From Oikopleura dioica (taxonomy: Eukaryota > Animalia > Chordata), in contig OU015567.1 in the NCBI GenBank assembly GCA_907165135.1, positions 14,880,001-14,944,000 of the forward strand: a stretch of DNA of 64,000 nucleotides, given 5' to 3'. The notes under the pieces were generated by a model. It saw only the letters and a list, made by a program, of their open reading frames with translations. It was not told the DNA's origin and searched no databases. Below, in pieces: positions 11,142 through 24,683 of this stretch. The position numbers and the translations under genes were made by a program. How positions within the stretch are numbered: position 1 is the first letter of the stretch; each line of letters starts with the position of its first letter.

Positions 11142-12877
11142 GAGAAGAGAATCCGAGAGTTGTGAAATCTGCGATGAGATCCTTTTCTTTGTCACTCTTC
11201 AGTCGGAAGTCCATATTTAGCAGCCCGAAAGCGGCCTTTTGGCAGGTAACGATCTTCAGCTGGGTAATTCTTCTGCCGGACTGGTCCGTCTTCCATAATC
11301 TCAAACTGATTTTCTTTTAGAAATTTTCTCCCCGCTTTTTTCCGTATTTTCTCCAAGGTTCAGCACCAAGGTGATTCCGAATTCGTTGCATAAGAATAAT
11401 CAAAATTCGAATAATTTGATTGAGTAATCGCCATTTAAATGAAGTGGATCTTTTCTTTGAAGCTAAATCACTACTTCAACTCTTCGAATTTGTCTCAAAA
11501 CAGGATTTACATATTGGCAAAGCATTGTATGGCGCTTACCGCTTTTTTGGAACAGAGCTTTGCAAACAAATCTGAGCAGGATTAATTATGCCAAATGGAC
11601 ATTTGTTAATTTATGCTTGAAAATTGAAGAATAAGCTGAGCTGGATTTTTTCGGTATTTGATCATTCAGCTATTTTAGCAAAAATATTTCGCTGATTTTT
11701 AAAAGAAGCAAAACGTGAAAGCCGTCAGAAAATGATGATCGGTAGCTGGGATTTCATCAAAATTTATCTGATAAGCGTCGGAAGCCGTGTCAGCCGGTGC
11801 ACAAGCTCAATTCACAAAATCGGCCAACTAAGATATCCCTTTACTTATAAATTATTCACGTTCCTAGAAAATTGAACCAGGGAAGACTTTTCAAGGATTT
11901 TCTGATGTAATTTTTTGATGAGGAAATTGAGGAATTTATCAGTTCGAAAAATAAAAAGAAGAGTTCAAATTCTAAGATCGCCAAACCCGAATGTAAATTT
12001 GCTTTTCTGAAAGAAAAAAGGCAGACATGCATGTAACTTGTAAGTAAACTTCGTGATCTGTTATGAAACTGAAAAGCTTTATTTACTCAGAATCTTCTAT
12101 AGACTATCTTCTATAGAATGACCTTCAGTAGGATGGTTGCAATAAATATTGCAACTCTGGCCAGACTGGTCACCCTTGCCAGTCTGGTAACCCTTGCCAG
12201 ACTTCCCCCTAATTTCCTTGTCTAGCTAGGTTAGGGTTAGGGTTAGGCACTGGGCAAATGACAGGACAAACTCAGACCAGGGGGAAAGTCTAGGGTTAGT
12301 TAGGATTACTGAAGGCAGACTTATTGTTTACACTCCTTCAGTAGAGTGACTCTACTAGAGTCTTTACTGTATATAATATACAGTATATTCTACAGTGTAA
12401 AAGTCACTCTTAAGGATTCATTCTCTCTTGAGTTCTGACTTTTGAAGGTACAGTTTAACCTGTCGTAGTATGAACGAGTTTTTACAGGAATTATTCATCC
12501 AATTATTTTCGAAAAGAGATACAGAAATAGTCTTATTAACGAGAGAAGCTAGTCGAAATGATTTTGATGATATTCAAAAACTACGTTCTTCTTGATAACC
12601 TTCGAAATACTCCGAAATCTTATCGTTTTTCTTCAAGAAAAGCTCGTAGAAAGCACACGTTTCGAAGATCAAATTTAACAACTTGCTTGAAACTTTCTTT
12701 ATTGCTCAAATACGCATACGACCCTCGGTAACCTGCAAAGACGAGTGCACTGTTAGATCCAGACAGGGTCACTTCTGTTTGCTTTTCAGTCTACATGCCA
12801 CGATAAAAGCAAGCTTTCACTCTCTTCAACTCTTCATTTGACTTTAAAAATCAAAGAAAAAAAGAAACTTTTGAAAG

Positions 12878-13715
12878 ATGAAATTTTTCGGACTTCTTGC
12901 TCTCTATGCTCAGGCTAACGGCGAAAACAAATTTCAAGATGTAGCTGATGACATCAAGAATGTGCTTGACATCACACTTGACAATGTTCAAAAGGTAACT
13001 TTTTAGAGAAATAGTTTTGTAATTGAGACAAGTTTGTTTTGAGCTCAGAAAAACCTGTTTTTTTCGCACAGTTCCAATTCTGAACTAGATTTTTTCTAAC
13101 TCAGGTGTCTTCACAGGCTTCTGAGCCTAACTTTGATTTTTTTCGAGGAAAAAGACCTTCTTTTGAAATTTTCTTTAAAGATCTCCGAGAAGCTCGGCAG
13201 CCTCGATCTTCCTCAAATCGACATCCCCGAAGTGACCAACTACAAATACGAAGCTCCCGAAATCAAAATCCCCGACGTCGCCAACTTCAAATACGAGGCA
13301 CCAAAGATCGAGATCCCCAGCGTCGCCAACTACCAGTACAACGCTCCCGACATCAAAATCCCCGACGTGGCCAACTACAAGTACGAAGCTCCCGAGATCA
13401 AGATCCCCGACGTCGCCAACTACAAATTCGACGATTCGGAGATCAAATCCAAGTTTGACAGAAACGACTTCAACTAAAAAAAATTTCGCCTCTAGAACTC
13501 AATCGACTTTCGATCATCATTCTGGAAAAAATCCACTTCCAAAAGTCGAAGAAGTCTCTGAGACATTTGAAGACGACATTTTAGAAGAAATTTATTATTT
13601 TGACGATGAAGATTTTGGCCAGAACGATGAGCGGAAAGAATCGAGTTTTGAGTTTTACAGCTTTGATGATTTGAAATTACTGATAGCTGATTTTTCTGAC
13701 AAGTTTTGGAAATAA
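12878..13715 (+). CDS. Secreted protein, about 202 aa, with five 15-aa repeats and an acidic C-terminus (3 exons: 12878-12994, 13181-13452, 13496-13715)
   Basis: Signal-peptide-like MKFFGLLALYAQANG. GT-AG introns of 186 and 43 nt join the exons in frame (609 nt total). Repeat PEIKIPDVANYKYEA x5 at 13211-13435, with strong C-ending codon bias. AATAAA overlaps the stop. Confidence 0.8.
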
Positions 13716-14824
13716 AAAAAAACAGAAAAGAAAGAAAAATTTAGAGCACCTTAGTTTGTGTTAGTCTAACGGCGACGGTGGTAGTTTATTGAATTACATA
13801 TTCGACATTTATGCTCATTTTTAGAGTAGCGCCACGCACCGCCGTCACGTTTTTTTAACACCTTTTAAAACACAAATGCATTTGCATCTTTTTCATTCTC
13901 TCGCAAGAAAAAGAATGCACGGTGAAATTTCATGGTCTGAGAGGTGAAGCAACAGTACTGCTTTAGTAGCCTATAGAAATAGTTGCGAAGGCAACTGCAG
14001 GTTAGGAACCGCATAATCGGAGAATTAGCCAGATTTAAGTCTGTTGCCAAAATTGAATCAAAAAGCGGCTTAATGATTGTAACGTTCACTTTTTGCGGTT
14101 GCTGATTTCCGAGTACTAAGCAACATTTGAAAAGTAGAAAAGCTTCAAAAGACCGGTTTTCGCAACTTTTTTTCAATCAATCAAAAATCTGTCTACGAGA
14201 TTTTAGCCAATCAGGTTTCAGAAAGAAATACTGTCGAAAAAAACCCTAACCCTAACCCTAACCATACTCATTACCCCATAATTTTTTGGCAATAAAAAGC
14301 CCAGTAAAGGCGATTTTTGATTCGAAAAAGGAGTTGACTTTTCAAAATACCGTAAAAAGGTTGTGATAATTAGAAGCCTCATCGTCGTAAATTAGCATCC
14401 CACTCAATTCTGCTCAAATACCTTTCTCTTCCCATAGTTGACACGTCTTCGGAATGGATGTCCTTAACCTGTGAGAATCTACTTATTTCTACCTTACGCA
14501 TTATAATTATTTTTCTTCATTTTTTCGTGAGAAAGAAATTCTGAAATTAATTGAATTTTCGAAACCGCTGGAATTTTTATTGAGCGATTAAGGGTGTATG
14601 TAGTCAATTTCTAAAGTAGGCTTGGTCAGCTGAGCCATTTTGACCATGGTATAGTATTTGAAATTTGCAGTAGTTTCTTTTTGAACAGGACATTCTTGCG
14701 GCTTCCTCGCGGCATAATTCTGAAGAATATTTTTATACAATTCTGATTTACTGTTTCGCACCTGTCGCTCGAGATCTGGGATACAGTCTGAATGCAGGTA
14801 GCGATCGCACCAACCGAGCCTGAA

Positions 14825-15163
14825 CAGCGTTGCAAATTTGCTGAGCTGAGTGAGCTGAGCTGGCTGAGTGAGCTGAGCAGTCGCTCAGCTCAGTGATTTT
14901 GGAAAATGATCTGATCTGCTCAGCTCAGCTCAGCTCAGACAATTATCACTTAGCTCAGCTCAGCTCAATAATTTGAATACAATTTTACTACCAAAAACAG
15001 TAAAAACAGCTCAGCTCAGCTCAACTCTCTAAAACAAAAGGTCTGCTCAGCTCAGCTCAGTAACCTCCGAAATAGGCCAGCTCAGCTCAGCTCAGCTCAG
15101 AGAAATTTTTACTCAGGTCAGCTCCGCTCAGCTCAGAAAAATTAATCAAAATTTGCAACTCTG
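14825..15163. mobile_element. hAT-like MITE with (GCTCA)n arrays
   Basis: TIR CAGCGTTGCAAATTT / AAATTTGCAACTCTG with 8-bp TSD AGCCTGAA (14817-14824 and 15164-15171). Confidence 0.9.
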
Positions 15164-15215
15164 AGCCTGAAGATTATAAAAATGGGGGTGCCATTGGATT
15201 TTTAATTTTTATTCA

Positions 15216-15255
15216 TAACCCTAACCCTAACCCTAACCCTAACCCTAACCCTAAC
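15216..15255 (-). repeat. Interstitial (TTAGGG)6 telomere-like tract
   Basis: (TAACCC)6 TAAC on the plus strand. Shorter 2-3 unit tracts occur near 4417, 12229, 14243, 17178 and 36535. Confidence 0.9.
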
Positions 15256-16155
15256 TGATATTAGGGGCAAGATTTTATTTTTGTTTTTTTTGAAAAAGTT
15301 TGATTCGACAAATCTTCCAAGGTCGATTTACGAAGTTCGCTCGGTTTTAAAGACAGCACGTTAGTTTTGGTTTGTCGATGGATCCAAAATGTTGACCGAG
15401 GACGGTTTTCCGGATTCAATCAGATTTGCTCGGGAGGTCATCAGATTTGTCTCACCAAACCAAAATTAATCGCCGCGACCAGCCATGCTCTTCTTGCGGC
15501 TTTGACAATTTAAATAGCTCAGCCAAATTGACTTCCGTGAACGGCTTTCTAATTAATGGAATCAGCACGTTGGCTTTGTTAGACAGGCTTTTCCTGTTTT
15601 TCAATATACAGTCATGTCTTTTACCGAAATTTTATTGAAAAAAATTTCAACTGAAATCGTCAATTATCATCTAAAATCGTTTTTCATGAAGATTTTTTTT
15701 TGATAAATTTCTTAAAATAATCAAATCGAAAGAAATTACTTTAATACTTTCCTGTAAGAAACCTGGACTAATCAAATCAAGGCGGCAAGATAAGAAATCC
15801 AAAAGACTTGAGAGGAAGAAATAAGTACAGGCACGTAACCAGAGTCAGCAAGAACAAAGTACCCTGGTCATTTTCAATATTGAGGGACATTCTTTTTCAT
15901 ATTCGCATATCACCTTTTCCCGCCGCTGGACAGCGAAGGAGGGTTTTTAAATTTCGAAGGAAGCAATCCTCCATTTAAATTTTTGCTTATTTTCACGTAC
16001 ACGCGCTGCCAAAATGTGAATGTTTTTGCAAGCGCAGGATTTCCGTAACGAATAAAGTGATTCGGGCTAATTTCTTTCGTGTCTTGCGTCATCTGGATTA
16101 TCGTAAAGGTGGCCTCGTTCTGGTACAGTGATTTTTAACCGTAAAAAAGAAGAAA

Positions 16156-16502
16156 CTGGCCTCGGCAACCTATTTTGAAAACCTGAGTCAGGGATTTGGG
16201 AGAGCTCTGATGGAAGCCGCGTAGCGGCTTTCTAAGAATGAAGCCGCATAGCGGCTTCGCCAAACCAGGGCTGGATAATTTGAAATCAACACAAATCTCA
16301 ACACCCATATTTTCGGAATTTGGCAATCCTGATTGGTCAATAAGGCCGTTTTTGGGTGTTGAGATTTGTGTTGATTTCAAATTATCCAGCCCTGGTTTTG
16401 GCGAAGCCGCTATGCGGCTTCATTTTTAGAAAGCCGCTACGCGGCTTCCATCAGAGCTCTTGCAGAACCCGGACTCAAGTTTTCTACATTTTTGCCCAGG
16501 GT
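16156..16502. mobile_element. Family-A MITE with a second palindromic element at its centre (16266-16394)
   Basis: Outer family-A arms. Inner perfect IR of about 41 bp, CAGGGCTGGATAATTTGAAATCAACACAAATCTCAACACCC. Confidence 0.85.
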
Positions 16503-16965
16503 TAAAAATTCAGATGTGTCGAGAAAATGCTGTGATTTGAAATAGAAATGTAAATTTGATGGACCCTTTTAGGCAGAGAAATTAATCTCTTCAGATTTTT
16601 TATTCAAAAATTCATCAAGCTCGTTATCTCAATAAAAAGTTCATATCTGCCAGATTCTTGTTCAGCCTCAGGGAAACAGATGCAGTAATTAATAAGCGTT
16701 TAAATTGAACTGGAATACTTTCAATGCTTTATAAATTTTTGGCCGCAGCTGTCCGCTTTAGCCACCACAGGCGGCTGTGTTCAATCTCAAACAACAAAAT
16801 AAAGAGACAAGCGTAAGCCGCATACAATTATCGTTTCCAGCACGTTGTATCGTAATATTCGAGGGGGAAATTTATTTTACTTTTGTCAAAGCAGCGTAAT
16901 TTTAATTTTGGTAAAACTTTTCAAATAAAATATTTTTTGTGAGATTTTTCGATGATTTTAATTAG

Positions 16966-17108
16966 AGGTGGCGTCTGGAATCGACAAAAAATATCGAAAA
17001 ATTTTCAACCAATCAGAACCCTGGATTCGGCAAACCGGCCAATCAGCAGCCGAGTAGCCGCCCACGCAAAATTTGTCGAAATTTTTAGTCGGTTCCAGAC
17101 ATCACCCC
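16966..17108. mobile_element. CCAAT-family MITE (other copies at about 20330-20500, 22820-22955, 34752-34905, 47166-47325, 53245-53389)
   Basis: TIR GTCTGGAA(T/C)CGACAAAAA / TTTTTGTCGGTTCCAGAC. The asymmetric core has two CCAATCAG motifs and GCCGCCCACGC. Confidence 0.85.
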
Positions 17109-19007
17109 GTTAATTGGTCTAATTACTTAAGGGTATCCCAATTGTAATGAAATCCATAAGTTCCCAGAGGGCAAAAGTTAGGGTTAGGGTTAGGGTTGGT
17201 CTTTTTGCAAACCTGTCCTTTTCGCGATTAAACCAGCAGCAGTAGATATTGAACACAACTTGTTAAAACAATTTAGTAATTTGCCATCTTACAATTAAAA
17301 TGAAAAACTGGCTTACTTAGTGTCTTCATGGAAATTTTTCAACAAGTCTCAAGACATGAGACTCTTGAATACTTCAAATTCGCTCAAGTTAAAAATTTCA
17401 CGCCCCTTGTCAGGATCAGCAAGAGAAAGAATACGAACATTCCAATCTTGGTCGGGCAATCATAATGTGAATTAACCTCTTACAGCAGTTTTACAGAAAT
17501 TTGTCTAATTTTTTTAACTTAAAATTTTTCTCATATTTGCTAGTAAAGATGAAAAATAGGGTCCGCATTTTAACGGAAAATTTTCTGTCCTAGATCCTTT
17601 TTTTAACGGATTTCTTCAGGTCTTTCCGAGATAGTCGCCATTTTAATGGATATTTTTAGCCCCAGGCAAATATCCATTAAAATGGCGACCCTCTTAACAA
17701 AAAATAAATCCGTTAAAAAGGGGCAGAGTAATTTCCTCTTCAAAATAAGAGCTCCTATTTTATGCCCTCCCTTTGAAATTCCAGTTTCAGTACCATGTGG
17801 GCGGTGAACTTGTTCTATCATAATCGGCGGAATCATTCTTTTCTCTTTCTTTTTTTTTCCTTCGTAGTTGAGGAAGAGAGTAATTGAATTGGAAAGCGAT
17901 TAGTATCGGGTAGTTATCAATCAAGAAGCTCATCAAAAATGAGTGCACTGCTGTGTTGTTCCTTGCGCCCTGCTCGTTGATTTCAGTCCCCTTTTTTCGA
18001 TTCGCGAAAAGAAGAAAGTTCGAAAGATTTTTCCAAGTTTCGCTTGAAAAGTGTTGGATTTCACTCTTGAGTCGTTGGAAAACGTTGTTGCGTGATCTAA
18101 GAGAGCCGCGTAATCGTTGTTGATCCTCTGGCCTTGGAAAACACGGGAAAGCAGTTCCAGTGTAACAATTCAAGCTTCCTTCGGTAATTCTGCCTCTCTC
18201 CAAATCTCCACCGGCTTTCTACTGCCCCGGAATGGACTGAAACCGAAAACGACTCACGTGAGAAAAGTGAACGATTCAGCTCTTACACGTTCACAGGAAC
18301 TTTGTAACTCGATTTCGACAGACTATGGATCAAAACTTCGGTAACAAAGAACTGTTGCTTATTTCATTCTTCAACACATTTTTTATTAAAAAGAAAATTA
18401 AAAGATCTCCATCTCTTCTCGTCTTGCTTTTTCTCGACTTCTTCTTCTGCAGATCGCGATTAAAATAAAAATGAGTAGACTTGAAAGCCCTAAAATTGCA
18501 CCAAGCAAAATCATCGTCAGGTCAATTTTTTCTCAAAGAAAGGCATGAAAATCCTGCTTTCTTTTATGGATCTACTGTTTGCGCAATTCCCTCATAATGA
18601 GCTTGTTCGAGAATAGATCACAAAAAGGGAAATCTTAAACAAATTAAACGATCTCTTCTTTATTGTTGAACTAAAAAGGAAGTTCCTAGAACTCGAAAAT
18701 CAACTGAAGAAAATCTTTATCTGACCAAGGACTTATACATAACTCTATGGTGTAAGCACCCTTAGGAATAAACCTCATGAAGTTTAAGGCGGAAGGGAAT
18801 TAAGAGCAACGTTGGATTCTAAGAAATATTGAAAGGCTTGTTCATCAAAAATCTTAAATTTATTATTTTTATTATTTTGAAGAAAATTAAGTCTTCTTTT
18901 TCAATACTGAGCTCAAATTGGTGATTTCAAATCACTTATTTGCCTTAAAAATTTCCAACTTTTTAGCAAAAACAGTATTTTACTTATATAACTTCTTTTA
19001 ATAGAAT

Positions 19008-19525
19008 CAGGGTTCGAAATCGCCTAGGCGAATTCGCCTAAAAGCTAGGCTAGGCTAGGCTAGGCGAATTCGCCTTGCTGCCTAGCTAGGCGAGGACTCT
19101 TGAAATTTCGCCTAGCCTAGCCTAGCCTAGTCTCATACTGGTGCCTTAGGCGAAGCTAGGCGACAAGGCGAAAATGAAAATTCGCCTTGAATTTCGCCTA
19201 GGCGAAGAAATTAGGCGAATTTAGGCGTAATCTAGGCAGATCTAGGCGAAATCTAGGCAGATCTAGGCGAAATCTAGGCAGATCCAGGCGAAAATTTCGC
19301 CTAATTTTCGCTTTTCGCCTAATTTTCGCCTAATCGCCTAGAAAAATTGAAATGCATCGCGTTTTCGCTTTTTCGCCTAGATTCGCCTAAGGCGAATTCG
19401 CCTAGCCTAGCCTAGCCTAGAGTCTGTGACAAAAAATTCGCCTAGCTTTTTCGCCTAGCTTTTTTAAATTCGCTCTGCCTAGCCTAGCCTAGCCTAGCGA
19501 CTTTTCGGCCTGATTTCGAACCCTG
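19008..19525. mobile_element. hAT-like MITE with (CTAGG)n/GGCGAA arrays (relic copy at about 23890-24020)
   Basis: TIR CAGGGTTCGAAATC / GATTTCGAACCCTG with 8-bp TSD AATAGAAT (19000-19007 and 19526-19533). Confidence 0.92.
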
Positions 19526-21391
19526 AATAGAATCAATTGAATTTTTATCGAATAAAATATGGATTTGAAAAGTTTACTTGCTCGAATCAGTCGCCAGAAG
19601 AACAGTTGATGATTCACCGTTAATTTTACATAGAGAATGTTCCGTTTGCTCTTACATCTCCTCGCATAGCTCACGGGCGCCCTCGATTGTGCGTGAAAAC
19701 TCCGCGTCGCTAGAACTCTCTGGCGCCTTGTCCGCGCGTGCGGCGTCGCCGAGGCGCTCGAGAGGCGCGCTGGCTATTGTATGTTCTTATCAAATCTTTG
19801 AATTACTACAAACCCCTTCTGAACGGCAAGCATAGCATTATTTTGACAAATTTTTACACTTATTTTTTCTACGTATTTGCCATATTGAGATCGATAGAGA
19901 GAGTATTTGCAGCACCCAGAGTATCAAAAACGAAGATTAACACCGAAAAACCCCGAAAATCGACACCGACCTAAAAATCGTGTAGTCGACGGGTAGACCC
20001 TAAGCGTCGAGTTTCATTTCGCCACAGTTTACAGTTTGAACGTGAATTTTCGAGTTCGCTAGAAGCAAACTCTGAACTCGAAATGTTGCTAGTCTCGAAT
20101 CCCGGACTAGGTAAATAACCGGAGATCTTTTTTCTTGAAAAAATTTTGTCTTGCCGAATAAGGTGGTATTTTGATTTTTCCATTGAAAAATGGGAGATTT
20201 CGTGCGCTTTTTACGTGCCTGTTGACGGTTTTCATTATTGAATTTCCAATTTTTGTGATAATGCTTAAATCAAGAAAGCAATAAAAGATCGTTCGTAAAA
20301 AAACTGGATATATTTACTACGAAACTCTAGGATGGCGCCGCTACTCGACAATTTTCGGCCAACAAAAAACTCGATTTTTCGATTTTTTTTTGAAATCTGA
20401 TTGGCCTCTCGGTCAAATCCGCAGATCTGATTGGTCCAAAATTATCATCAAATTTTTGCCGAAAATTGTTTGCCGAAAATTGTCGATTCTTGCCGCCAGT
20501 AAATCTCTTAAAAATTTTTAAGACTTATTATTAAATTTTTACTTTATGCATACAGACTATTTGCGATCTTTTTCCGGAAAAACCGTGGAGGGGGTCTCTA
20601 ATTAGATGAAAGCCATCAGCAAGGTACTTTCTTTCTCACGAAATCTTTAAGACGACCTTTTTACATATTCATATTGGTGCCCATTAACTTTATCTACAGA
20701 AAATATCGATGCTTTATCTTTTTTAATAATTTCTATCGTAAATTTTACTTACTTGTCAAGCAAATGCATTTGCAAAGCTTGCATCGTTTTATTCTAACTT
20801 GTAAATAATTTCTTTCATTTTAAGCGGATGCGGTAACGTATTAGACCCTCATTAATGTTTCTTGAAAAATTGACAGAAAGATTCAAAATCAAGATGAAAC
20901 TTAGTGTCTCTGGCATGACTTTATTTTTTCCCCTCTTTCTGTCAAGATTTTCTTGTACCCTTGGTGTTTCCCTAATTTTTGACGCTAAATGACAGCCTTA
21001 ATAGGCAGTCCTCCGGGGAAGACAAAATTGAATGCAATTGAAGAAGAACCAGAAGAAATTAAAACTTTAAAAGTTATTAATGAAGGTACAGGACCGGTTG
21101 AACCAAGAGAAAATGAGTGTGTTTTCAAGTTTCTTTTTTCATGAGCGTAAAAATGCGCGCACAAGCGCATCTAAGAGGGCGCGAGTGAGCTTCAAAAACA
21201 ATTTATCATTAAATTTACGATAAATGCGTAGTCTGGATATTTTTAAAATCTGTTTCTTTCTAAGATCGAATTATTGTTCACTTCGACATGTAGCCTTTCT
21301 GACGTCTGTTCTAGTCGACTCTAGCAATAACCAGTATTTTTACAAGAACCCAAAAATTTTGGATATCCGGGTCAATCAATTTGTACAGTGG

Positions 21392-21540
21392 TGTGAGGAG
21401 TTTCCGCACCCTTTGTGAGTGCTGCGTTGCCGCACTTTTAGCCCGCACTTTTTCTACTTTTCTCTTCTAGAGGTAAAAAAAGTGAGTGCTGCGTTTTCGT
21501 ACCTTTTACCCGCTATTTTGGGTTGCGGAAACTCCTCACA
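21392..21540. mobile_element. Small MITE
   Basis: IR TGTGAGGAGTTTCCGCACCC / GGGTTGCGGAAACTCCTCACA with an internal duplicated GTGAGTGCTGCGTT. Confidence 0.7.
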
Positions 21541-24412
21541 ACTGTTAATATATTTTTTGGGAAAATATGATCAGATTCTTTGTTTTATTCTTTAAATATT
21601 TCTCTGTAGGCTTTAACGACGTTCAGGTGATTCAATATGTTGTTATACTGGATGCACAATAACAAATCAGCACTTCTAAAAATTCACCAGAGAGACCCCA
21701 CAAGTATGGGTCTAGCGTTGGACTTTGCGTCCAACAGTATCGGTCTAACTTCGGATTATTCATCTTTAGCGACCCCTCCCCATCAAGAATCGTGAAAATA
21801 GGGCTCTTTAGTGAACGTTTTTCTGAAAAACTACCTTGGGTAGACCCGAAATTTCAATTGCAAGCTTTTGTTCGAACGCTCGCCTGCAACCGTTCCCCTT
21901 ATGATGATCTCACGATCAACAACTTAAGGTTATACAGGCCCTTAAACGTAAGGTTGTTAAGTGCAGCTTTTTTTCGGGTTTTTAAGTGTGATATACCTTT
22001 TATTTTTTTTAGGATAAAGTTAAGCCCCTAAGCTACGACCGTTTTCTTTTTTAGAACTTTTGGTCTACGAGCTTAAGGACGAAAGCCCCTTGAAAATTTT
22101 ATAAGTCGAATCTAAGTCGAATTTCCAGATCTATATTTCCATTAATTATTGCCTAAATTGCCCTTAACTATGTTTTTATAATCGTGTTTATAATAGAAAT
22201 AGTTTTGATGGTTGGTATACCCTTATTCATCATTAAAAAATAGCGAACTGGAATTTCTGTCAAAATAGTCTAAAGGAGAAAAAAAATGTTTTGAATAAAA
22301 GTTCTTCCTGGTGGTCTAAACTACCCAAAAAGGCAAAAAAATTTAGATAATTTTGACTTTTACCTTATCTTAAGTGTGGATTTTCGAGCGGGGCATTAAT
22401 CATGTATCAATGATTACGCATGTTCGAAACAGAATCAATACTTCAAAAAGCATTTTTTTTACGAAGGAAGATCAATCAGAGATGTAATTTCTTGTTTAAC
22501 TTATTGCGATGCTTTTCAGATTTTCGAAAAAATGGGTCAGTTAGAAAAAAATAATCGAATTTTTCAAACTTGGTGAATGACGAGCATTCAACTTAATGCC
22601 ACCTTAGATCTAACAAGAATTTTCTCTAAAAATATTTTTGTCAGCACATTTTCGCATACTGAACATACTGAGAAAAAAGCCATTTCTTGAAAAATGACAA
22701 TATTTGCCTCAGATTTCTCGAGTTACGTTACATGCCGTATTTTCGAAATTTAATTTTTAGGGTACGAGGGTCTTAGTTATACGTGGTCTTAACTCTCAAA
22801 GCTCTCCCTGCCTTTGGAGAGGTGTCTCAAACCGACAGAAGAATTTTGACAAATTTTGCGTTGAAATAATAGCCAATCGGACGCCTGGATTTGGCTATCT
22901 GGTCAATCGACAGCCGAGCAGCCGTCAAAGTTGTTTGAGTTTTTGTCGGTTCCTGACGCCACCTCATAGCTTTGTGCGGATATGTGAATTTTGTTAAGGA
23001 AAACTCTTGATTTTGAGCCTTAGAATTGAGATTTTTGTAGTTTTTAAATTCTATTTGATTCATTATCAAACAAAAATTTCGAATATTTGCGACTTCGGCA
23101 AAAATTATGTTAAAAACAATTTAAATTAAAAATATCGATTTTTGAGAAAATCGAATATCTTCGTCTCATTAAAATTTTACTTGTTGATATAGTGACGGTA
23201 TTCTTTTCGATCGCCGATGTTTTTTAACCCTTGCCCGCATGAAAAATTTTTCACCCCTGCCCGCATATCGACCTACGCGTAGGTCGGGCCTTTTGAGAGT
23301 ATTCAATCGTGATTAATTTTCGAAAGGACATGAATAGAAAGTTTTAAGGGTGAGCTTTTTCCTTAACGCCGGAACGCATATTACCATTTTCGGGTAATAC
23401 GATTTTGCTCATCAAAAAACCCATATTATATTTGATATACGCATATAATATGACCACGCTCAAGTTATATTTTTGTAGCTTAGAGTCCAGTTATTATATA
23501 TAAACCCGGATTTTTATTCTCTCTATGCCCAAATCGCGACAATATTGGGTTAAAAAATGGTCAGAAATTGGCAAAAATGGCCATGCGTTCCAGGGTTAAC
23601 ATGATAAAATTTCAAATGTCAAATGTCAAACTAGAACAAATGTCGTTTTTCCAAAAGTATAATTACGTTTAAAAGTCAATTATCCTACGCGTAGGTAAAA
23701 TGAAGGGTTCGGTATTTTTCGGTTTCAAAACGACCATTTTTGGAACCAATTTTATGAAAATTTTTTCTTCTCTAAGCTGCTGGTTTTTTTGGAAGGCATT
23801 TCGTTTCACCTGATTAATCAGACTTAACCTTACTAAGCAGGTTACCTCAAGATTACTACCTACCAAGTTCTACCAACCAGAGGTAGAAAATGCCTAGGCA
23901 AATTCGCCTAGAAGGCTAAACTTGGCGAGGTTTGGCGATTTCGCCTACCCTTCCCATGTCTAGCCTAGCCTCAAGGTGACAAATATTGGCGATTTAGGCT
24001 TCAATTAGGCGAATTTAGGACCTCGCTATCAAGAATCGTTAAAATGAGGCTCATTCTAAGGTAGACTTTTTATTCGAATCGCTTCCTTTAAATCAGACCC
24101 TCATCTGCGATCGTTTTCTTTTTGATGATCTCTCGATTATAAATTTAATATACAGACCATAAAAGGTAAGGTTTGTAGGTGCAGGTTTTATTTGGGTAAA
24201 CATTTTTGATTAACCCTTTATTTTGTTTAATTTCTTAATTTTATAACAACTCATAAGGTATTTTTCTCCTATATTGAACTGCTCTAGAGTTCCTTTAAGT
24301 CTGAAGATGATCTGTTGATCGAAACTGGTAATTTAATAAATGTGATATAGAAAACTTTTAGTTTATTTTCAGGGTTAAGTCAAGGCCCTTAGCTAAAACG
24401 GATCCAATTTAA

Positions 24413-24683
24413 GGGGAAGATCGTCAATATTTGGGTTTCTCTTGACCAAAAAGCGGCAAAACCTGATGAGGTAGAAAAATTCCGATTTCTCAGGTGAAAA
24501 AAAGGGTTTTTGAAATCTACCGGCGACAAGGAGAAAATATTTTGGCTGGGAAAAATCTGTTAAAAATCCCCTCAAAGTAGGGCGAAAATCCGAAAATTTT
24601 GAAAAAATATAATATTCATATGCAGACCAAATGTACAATTGTGATTTTGATCAACCCGTAAAATCCATATTGACGATCCCCCG
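24413..24683. mobile_element. TTAA-flanked MITE (GG...CC termini)
   Basis: TTAA|GGGGAAGATCGTCAATAT ... ATATTGACGATCCCCCG|TTAA. Confidence 0.65.
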
